Translations under genes and position numbers: made by a program
Part shown: positions 55,795 through 64,000 of the stretch, piece by piece
Position numbering within the stretch: position 1 is the first letter of the stretch
How the letters are laid out: each line of letters starts with the position of its first letter
Notes under the pieces: model-generated
Database searches by the model: none
Told to the model about the DNA's origin: nothing
What the model saw: the letters and a program-made list of their open reading frames with translations, nothing else
From: Octopus vulgaris
Taxonomy: Eukaryota
Assembly: GCA_951406725.2 (NCBI GenBank)
Contig: OX597826.1
Coordinates: 42,160,001 to 42,224,000, forward strand
Reading direction: 5' to 3'
Length of the DNA: 64,000 bases

Positions 55795-55930
55795 GTATGT
55801 AAGTATATATGTATGTATGTATGTATTTATGTAAGTATGTATTTATGTATGTATGTATGTATGTATGTATATATGTATGTATGTATGTGTTGTATGAACG
55901 TATATATGAGCATGAATTCATGTTTTTGTG

Positions 55931-55964
<34 letters not shown>

Positions 55965-56481
55965 TGACAGGGGGAGAGTTCATTTGTATATTGTGTATGC
56001 CTTATATTTTAGGCTTTTTATTGTTCTGTCAGCTCCAATAGGCTCTATATATATAGTGGTGATAGCCATTAGTATAGATGCATTGACACAGGAATGGAAA
56101 TAAGATATATCAAAACTACACATAAATGAATAGATGCTCACCACCATAAAGATACACCATCTCTGCAATCATACGCATCACACAAGAACATGACTACCAC
56201 TGCCGCTAACATTTATCATCATTACAACTTTTAATACCGCCATCACCACCACTACCACCCAGCTTTCATCAACATCATCATCATCACCACCACCACCATC
56301 ACCATAATGATCATTAGCGCCACCACCACCACCACAATATATCAAGTCCAGTCCAAACACTAGAATAAGCAATCACAGAGAGCTCATTGGGAAGGCTACA
56401 GATGCGTGGTGAAAGATTTTGAGAAATGAATAATTAAAGGAATGTAAAACATACACACACACATACACACATACCCATACA

Positions 56482-56538
<57 letters not shown>

Positions 56539-57103
56539 GTATGTATATAACGGGAAGCTTTATGAAAATAAACAAAAGACGAAGGCAGGTGGAGTACTAA
56601 CAAACAATTGTATTAGTATGGTGCTCAGGAATAGAAATAAAACAAGTCGTTTACGTTTCGAGCCTACGCTCTTTAACAGAAAGATACACAGAAAAGAAAC
56701 ACGGAGAGAAACAAGGAGAGAGAAAAATGCGTGCAGAAGCTAGCGATTCAACATATATATATATATATATATATATGACAAGTTTCTTTACGAAATCCAA
56801 CTTACAAGATGTTGGTAGGAAATATTTTTCCAAGGTGTTGTTGCGCAGTGGTATTGAACCAGGAACCATGTGGTAGCATAGCGAACTTCTTAACCAAATA
56901 GCCAAACATGTCTCCACCCGGTACAGAGTTTATGACAAGATATGAATTACTAACGTCTTGACGGATTGTCTGGTACAATAGGGAATCGACCCTCTGTGAG
57001 CAATGAAAATTAGTACCAGCTAATAAAAGGGAATAGCACAGTAGTAACAGATTGCGTCACTGGTTACGCCCACATACGTTATACATAATTATAACAACAA
57101 CAA

Positions 57104-57138
<35 letters not shown>

Positions 57139-58180
57139 TCAACTATTATTCACATATATATGATAGGCATTTCATTATAAAGTCTCAGAAGTTATCGAAG
57201 ACTTACCCTTCTCAAAATACTGACGGACATCTTCAGCCTCATAAGCCAACCCGTTGCTATGGACGTAAGTATATTTAGCATCAGATTTGGGAAGCGGAAA
57301 CTCTCTTTCTTCTCCATTCACCGCAATTTTATCCGGACACCAGAATGGTGGATGTATCTGTAAAAAGAAACTAGTGTCTTTTATGCATTAAACGATAAAC
57401 AATAAACGTCGCCCCTTTTCAAGCCTAGCCAGGCTCATGGGCTCAGTTTCCTGGTTTCTGTGGCGTATGTGTTCCCCCCCCCCCAGCTGGACGGGACGCC
57501 AGTCCATCGCAGCGTTACTTAAGAAACAGGAAGAGAGAGAGTGAGAGAAAGTTGTGGCGAAAGAGTACGACAGAGGTCGCCACCACCCACGGCCGGATCA
57601 TCGTGGAGCTTTTAGGTGTTTTCGCTCAATAAACACACTCAACGCCCGGTCTAGGAATCGAAACCGCGATCCTCCAACTGCGAGTCTGCTGCCCGAACCA
57701 CTGGGTCATTGCGCCTCCACTTTTATGCATGAAAACAATTTTTAGTTTGTTTATTTTAATTTTCTTTAATATTAATGTTAGTACAATAAATTAACCATTC
57801 AATAATTTTACTAAATTTTAAGTTTAGTACAACAGCTTTGAATGTCATTCACTTTATTTCTAGATTAACAAACATTAAGTTAAATTTCCAAAAATATTTA
57901 TCTCTAAATCAAAGGATTACTTACGTAAATTTTGCCTTCAGTTCCATAAATATATGCATCAGTTCTTCCTGCCAAAGTAGTATTAAAGGACAACGAAGCT
58001 CTGGCACCATCCTTATAGGTCAGAATGATATTGGCAGATAGATCAGTACCTTTTCCCAATGAAACAAGTAAATATATTTTCTTATTGGTTATTGTCACGC
58101 ACAGACTGGCGTAATGCGGTGAGCTCGAAAACACGACTACTTTTGTTGGCATTTGAACAAAAACATACGTACATACTTAC

Positions 58181-58211
<31 letters not shown>

Positions 58212-58300
58212 CATACATACATACATACATACATACATACATACATGAAGATATGGAGCTTGCAAATCCAGTACTCAAGATTCAGTTTCAACTTCATACC

Positions 58301-58396
<96 letters not shown>

Positions 58397-58401
58397 AATT
58401 A

Positions 58402-58493
<92 letters not shown>

Positions 58494-58494
58494 A

Positions 58495-58582
<88 letters not shown>

Positions 58583-58595
58583 ATTATTATTATTA

Positions 58596-58677
<82 letters not shown>

Positions 58678-58685
58678 ATTAATTA

Positions 58686-58729
<44 letters not shown>

Positions 58730-58743
58730 ATTAATTATTATTA

Positions 58744-58774
<31 letters not shown>

Positions 58775-58988
58775 ATTAATTATTATTATTATTATTATTA
58801 TTATTATAATTATTATTATCATTATTATTATTTATTATTATTATTATTATTATTCTATGTTTGACTTTTACTTTATATTTGTACAAGTTGGCTCCAAGTC
58901 TCACCCAGAGACCTCAAGAGACAACAGGGTTGGAAGTTCATGTTGTTGTTATGCCTAGTGTGCCATATATTTGGTGGGTGGGGATGTT

Positions 58989-59047
<59 letters not shown>

Positions 59048-62000
59048 GGAGCAACAAGATACATACCAACCCGTCTAGAGCAAAGTATGGCTGAACTTGC
59101 GATCTCGGGGAGAGAATAAAAATCTTTAATTCATATGCTACAAATGATCACGATATCTGGGACTATAAAAATCTGCAAGACCTTCTTATGATTTAAATGG
59201 TGTATTTAAACGAAGAAATTACGAATAACGAGTACTGCACTTCTAAGAACGCGAATAAATGCCTATTTATATGCATGCAAGTAGGTGACGAATTTCCTCT
59301 TAGATTAAATTATCCGTAGTTAGATCCTTTCTAAACTGAACTTTAAAATCTCTCTCAACCAAAGAAGTTCTAAATAAGGAAACCCTATGTGTAAAACTAA
59401 CATTAGTAAATAGTGAGTATCCCAATAGGTTAGTAGATCAAGCCATTGAATAATAACAAAACAAATTCAATCACACTGTTATAAGAGACAGAGGACTGAA
59501 CAAAAGTCCCTATACCATGCATATCGCATGCCGCCACAAGATTTGAAGAAGCAGCTGTTTGTAGCATGTTGAACAATCTTGCAGAGATCCCCTTGTTGGC
59601 TTTTAAATAATTTTTCTTAGTGGAAGCTCTGGTTCTTTCTTCAGCTATTTTTATTGTTGCAGAGGAATTATACTTGTTTGGAAAGAATTTTATCTGATAT
59701 TGTGTATTAAAACACATTTATGACGTTGTAAGAAATCTGCAATCTGGCTAAAGAAAATAACTCTTCGAGTATTTCATTGGAATATATTTTCTCTTGGTCA
59801 TGTTGTAGATATATAATGAATGTCTTTGACACTGGTGCAAAATAAAAACAAATATCGGTGTAACGTTATCCGTAGGATTTGAATGGCTGCCATAATCCTA
59901 TTGCTATGCAATTCTTTTATATAACATTCACCAAAAGTATTGTGACTTTAAGTAGATGCCAGCATGTTATCCGAAACTCTAAAGCATGTAGTTGCGTTTC
60001 ATTTTTTCCTATATTGACATGTATTTATTGATCAGCAATGATAAATTTGTTGAATTTGCTGCTTATTAAAGAATGTTGGGTCCTAGCATTGAAAACTCAT
60101 AGAAAAATGGTTTCTTGGACATTATTTATATCTTCTACTGATTTTGTGAACTGTGCAAAAAACGACTAATAATTGCTTTAATCATACTTCATCAGAAATG
60201 TTTGTAAATCTGTGTTATATAACCCTAGGTTATTTTCCTAAGCCTCTAGGCACAAAAACATTAACAATTGAATAATGTGACAAAATTATAGAAAATAGAA
60301 CTGCCAGTAAAATTATTAAAATCCCTAGAATAGGTACACAAGCAACAAGAAACCTTTATTAATGACACGCTTACCTGTTCCAGCAATTGTACCACAAGCA
60401 GTAATAGTTTCAGGTTTCTGTCTAAATATGAAGTTTGCAAGCCATATTGTATATACACCAATTTCCAACAGACCTCCACCACCCACGGAGCCTCGAGATA
60501 TATCTTCTTTTGAAAATATATCAACTAAGAAAGCCACATCTAAATAGCGTATCTTTCCTATGGTTCCAGAGTCGATTTCTTGCTTAATATTTTTGTAAGC
60601 CGGAAAGAAGTTGGACCACATAGCCTAAAATGAAAAGATTTATGTGAAAGGAGAAAAAGAGTAATAAAGCGATAAAGATAGCTCTGGATAAATAAAAACG
60701 AAGAGAAAGGAATAAAAAAAATAAGATATAAATAAAAGCGGTAAGAAAGACATTGTAAACGATATACTTATTAGTTTACTTCATGTGTTATGACCTCCAA
60801 TATCTTCCCTAACTTTCAGCTTATTAAGTTTGCTGCACAACCTTTCAACATACTATGCAGAGTTTTTAGCGATGAAATTCCTCACTAACTATAGAATTCT
60901 ATTTTAGTACACGCCACAATCAATATCATAAAACACTCCATTCACAATTTTGAGTGCGAAAAGGGCTGGGAATTGGTAGAAATATTAAAACGTCGGGAAA
61001 ATACTCTGCAATATTCTTCACATTTTACTTCATCTCCCAAACGTAATTTTATTTCAGCCCAACGCACCGGTTACAGAGCCCCAATTCAGTCACATGACTG
61101 GCTTGAAACAGAAGCAAAATCGCTCACAATCACACGCTATCACCATAAAAAAGTAAGGATAGGCGCAGTAGTGGCTGTGTGGTAAGTAGCTTGCTTACCA
61201 ACCACATGGTTCCGGGTTCAGTCCCACTGCGTGGCATCTTGGGCAAGTGTCTTCAACTATAGCCTCGGGCCAACCAAAGCCTTGTGAGTGGATTTGGTAG
61301 ACGGAAACTGAAAGAAGCCCGTCGTATATATGTATGTATATATATGTTTGTGTGTCTGTGTTTGTCCCCCTGGCATTGCTTGACAACCGATGCTGGTGTG
61401 TTTACGTCCTCGTCACTTAGCGGTTCGGCAAAAAAGACCGATGGAATAAGTACTGGGCTTACAAAGAATAAGTCCTGAGGTCGATTTGCTCGACTAAAGG
61501 CGGTGCTCCAGCATGGCCGCAGTCAAATGACTGAAACAAGTAAAAGAGTAAAGAGTATACAATCGATAATGTAGTCTTAATGGTTAGGGATATTCGGTTC
61601 ACGATTGTAAGCTCGTGAGTTCGATTCCTGGCGGGGCCTTGTGTGTATTGAGTAAGACGCCGCCTTATTTCACATAGCTCCTTTCCACTTAGCTGGCAAA
61701 AATTAGTAGTACCTTTATTTCGAAGGACCAGTCTCGTTACATTCTGTGTCACGCTTAATCTCCCAAAGAACTACGTTAAGGGCACGCGTGTTTATGGAGT
61801 GCTCAACCACTCACACATAAATTCCACAAGGAGGTTGTTCTTGTGTCCGGATCAACTGGACAGGTCGTCGTCGCAACCGGCAGAGTGCCAGCTATAACTA
61901 TCTATAAAAAATAACAGAACAGGTCAAGGTCGGGAAGATTTTGATCATGGATCTACTCCATTAAGGCTGATGTGGGGCGAAACAACGAAACTATGTCAAA

Positions 62001-62193
62001 ATACTTAACTTTAGTATTAAAAGACATACCTCCATGAAAAAAATTTTCTTTGACTTTGCAAGTTCGATAATGTCTTTTGTCTCCTTTGTGTTCTGACCGT
62101 AGGCCTTCTCACACAGAACAGGCTTGCCATTGTTAAGCATAATGACGGAAAGAGGATGATGGAAACGGTTGATGGAAGAAACGTACACCAAAT
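50941..62193 (-). CDS. DHDH: DHDH-like gene C, partial (exons 3-7; exons 1-2 presumably beyond 64000)
   Basis: complement(join(50941..51044,57207..57357,57925..58049,60375..60624,62030..62193)); same exon sizes as gene B (164/250/125/151/104), open frame, GT-AG. Confidence 0.9.
52438..52509 (+). ncRNA. Hammerhead-like motif (partly degenerate)
   Basis: CTGAAGA-ttgactgta...tacagccat-GAAA-CGATCG-TA. Confidence 0.55.
53431..53743 (-). mobile_element. Older SINE related to family 2
   Basis: Diverged match to the family 2 head and 3' half. Confidence 0.7.
54317..54351 (+). ncRNA. Degenerate minimal hammerhead motif
   Basis: atatc-ATGAATA-gc gata gc-GAAA-CCGG-TC-gatat: stems perfect, two core substitutions. 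Confidence 0.5.
54462..54788. repeat. ~76-bp inverted repeat enclosing a hammerhead-like motif (54586-54636)
   Basis: 54462-54537 is the reverse complement of ~54712-54788 with few mismatches. Confidence 0.8.
54848..55458. repeat. ~85-bp direct repeat pair around a microsatellite block
   Basis: ataaattgttttatatacag...gtatcaatacgtatat at ~54848-54935 and ~55370-55458. Confidence 0.8.
57207..57357 (-). CDS. DHDH: DHDH-like gene C exon 6
   Basis: [50 protein letters not shown]. Confidence 0.9.
57389..57719 (-). mobile_element. SINE with family-2 head and a different 3' half
   Basis: Family-2 head followed by taacgctgcgatggactggcgtcccgtccag...; TSD cttttatgcat. Confidence 0.8.
57925..58049 (-). 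CDS. DHDH: DHDH-like gene C exon 5
   Basis: [42 protein letters not shown]. Confidence 0.9.
58300..59047. repeat. Very long imperfect (TTA)n tract with a 136-bp insert at 58855-58990
   Basis: Direct reading. Confidence 0.95.
60375..60624 (-). CDS. DHDH: DHDH-like gene C exon 4
   Basis: [14 protein letters not shown]...[11 protein letters not shown]...GTIAGT. Confidence 0.9.
61162..61556 (+). mobile_element. SINE family 1
   Basis: Full-length copy, followed by a degraded family-2 SINE (~61577-61890). Confidence 0.85.
62030..62193 (-). CDS. DHDH: DHDH-like gene C exon 3
   Basis: [55 protein letters not shown]. Confidence 0.9.
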
Positions 62194-62308
62194 CTATGGG
62201 AAAGATGGAATAAAATTCATTTTTTCTTGCTACCAAAGCAATACATATAAGTGTGTTTGTGTGTGTGTGTGTGTGTATGTGTGTGTGTGTGTGTGTATGT
62301 GTGTGTGT

Positions 62309-62346
<38 letters not shown>

Positions 62347-62629
62347 CTTTCTTCCAAGGAATCTAGCGCTCTTAGCTTAGTTTTTCCTTGGGGCTGGCCA
62401 GATTGGAGCAATCTCGAGAGTATAACCAGCCGAAATTGCAAAGATAATTTGGAACTCGACTGAGGAAAGAAATCTCCGAGTGACCCGTCCTTGTTTTCTC
62501 CCCCTTTTTGTATCACCTGTCTGGATGTATTGCGTTCTTGTCACATTTTTGTATTTTATATGTGTGTGTGTGTGTGTATTTATGTATGTATGTATGTATG
62601 TACATGTATATATGTATGTGAATAATTAT

Positions 62630-62724
<95 letters not shown>

Positions 62725-63185
62725 GCTATAAGGAATAGCATGCAAATATTGCATTGGAAAGCCGGTGAGTCTCGAACCTACATCATCTATAGATGGAGAG
62801 ATGTTCTAAAATTGGTCCAAAGCAATCCTTACAATATCTCTATACAGTTGAGTAACTTTATTATTACCAATGCCAATTATGTTGTTGATGTCAACAATTT
62901 CATAAAGTTTTCTGAGAACAGTGATTGGAGAAGTTCATGACATACAGCTATAAAGAATAGCAAGCAAAGATTCAGTTAAAAAAACTGTTTTGAGTAAAAA
63001 GAAATCGAAATGTTGCTTTGGTCCAATGATAGAAAATCTTTCATGTCAACAGGAGATATGGGTTAGAGCCCCACAGGCAGTATTTGATTTTTTTATATCC
63101 AAAGAGTTTTTCAGCCTAATTTTAACGTGCTATTCTTTACAGATGATGAGCTTCGAGAGCCACTATTGCAAAATTCATATGACAT

Positions 63186-63276
<91 letters not shown>

Positions 63277-64000
63277 AAATTTATATACATACGAACACAC
63301 AACTAAATATACATTTATATAGATTGTTAGGTAGGTAGGTGTGTGTGTGTGTCTGTGTTTGTGTTTCCATGCGTGAGTTGTTTTACTTTTCTCTCATGAA
63401 AACTCTCCCTTCTGCTACTCAACTCTAAAGAATCAGATCTTATCATTGCTCAATGAAGTCAGCTAGCACGCATTGCTTAGGAAAGCAAAACAACGATAGC
63501 TGTATGATCAATGTAGCAGTTAGATCAGTAGTTATGTGCTTCAACATTAAATTATCTGGAATTGTTCACTCAGAGGTAAACTTAAATTGATAATTTTCTA
63601 AGCTTATATTGAAGCAAATCTGTCGTGAGGTATTGTCAAAAATAGAAACACCGACACAATAGACAAACATTGTCCATTGTCCTCAGTTATTTATTATTTG
63701 GCCATAGAGATCATATTTCAGAAAAATATAAAAATATGAATGGCTAATAACAAAGAACACTATTTCTCAGCTGAACCATTTTACATTCAACAGGATTGTG
63801 AGTAGATATATTAATACTTTGCGAAGATCAAATATATCAAACTGGACAGTCTTTTGAAGCAAAAATAAAGCCGTTTTGTCATTATCGGCTGATTTTGCTA
63901 TGGAAAGGGACCAACTGTGAAGACTGACCAGTATTATATACTCGGCATTTCCTTTGTTGCGGAAATTGAAGAGGATATCGAAGAGGCCTCTGTGTATGCG

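Noticed and set aside
62200-64000. Gene C exons 1-2
   Set aside because: No matching peptide found on the minus strand within the window; presumed to lie beyond 64000.

Overview
AT-rich, microsatellite- and repeat-dense animal genomic DNA; the SINE families present suggest an octopus (inference). The only host genes are a cluster of three intron-containing paralogues of dimeric dihydrodiol/D-xylose dehydrogenase (DHDH; Gfo/Idh/MocA family). Gene A is on the minus strand (7 exons, 19638->4322, 333 aa). Gene B is on the plus strand (7 exons, 28729->38767, 329 aa), head-to-head with A. Gene C is on the minus strand (exons 3-7 at 62193->50941; exons 1-2 not found, presumably beyond the window). 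All exons were reconstructed by hand with GT-AG boundaries and consistent phases. Relics of at least one further decayed paralogue lie between A and B. The rest is transposable-element debris: Tx1/L1-like LINE pieces, an RLE-type LINE piece, Penelope-like GIY-YIG/pLTR pieces, a pogo-like transposon with a PHD finger, a mariner relic, hAT and Gypsy-gag relics, Helitron-like elements, three tRNA-derived SINE families and foldback elements. Most notable: (i) all three DHDH paralogues carry non-canonical catalytic motifs; (ii) at least seven minimal hammerhead-ribozyme-like motifs with palindromic stem III, one with an intact core and one forming the apex of a 392-bp palindrome; (iii) a SINE family whose 3' tail matches the 3' end of the Tx1-like LINE; (iv) a foldback element with a TTAGGG core; (v) an element found here only inside (AAT)n tracts. 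Most short ORFs in the supplied track are microsatellite or SINE artefacts.
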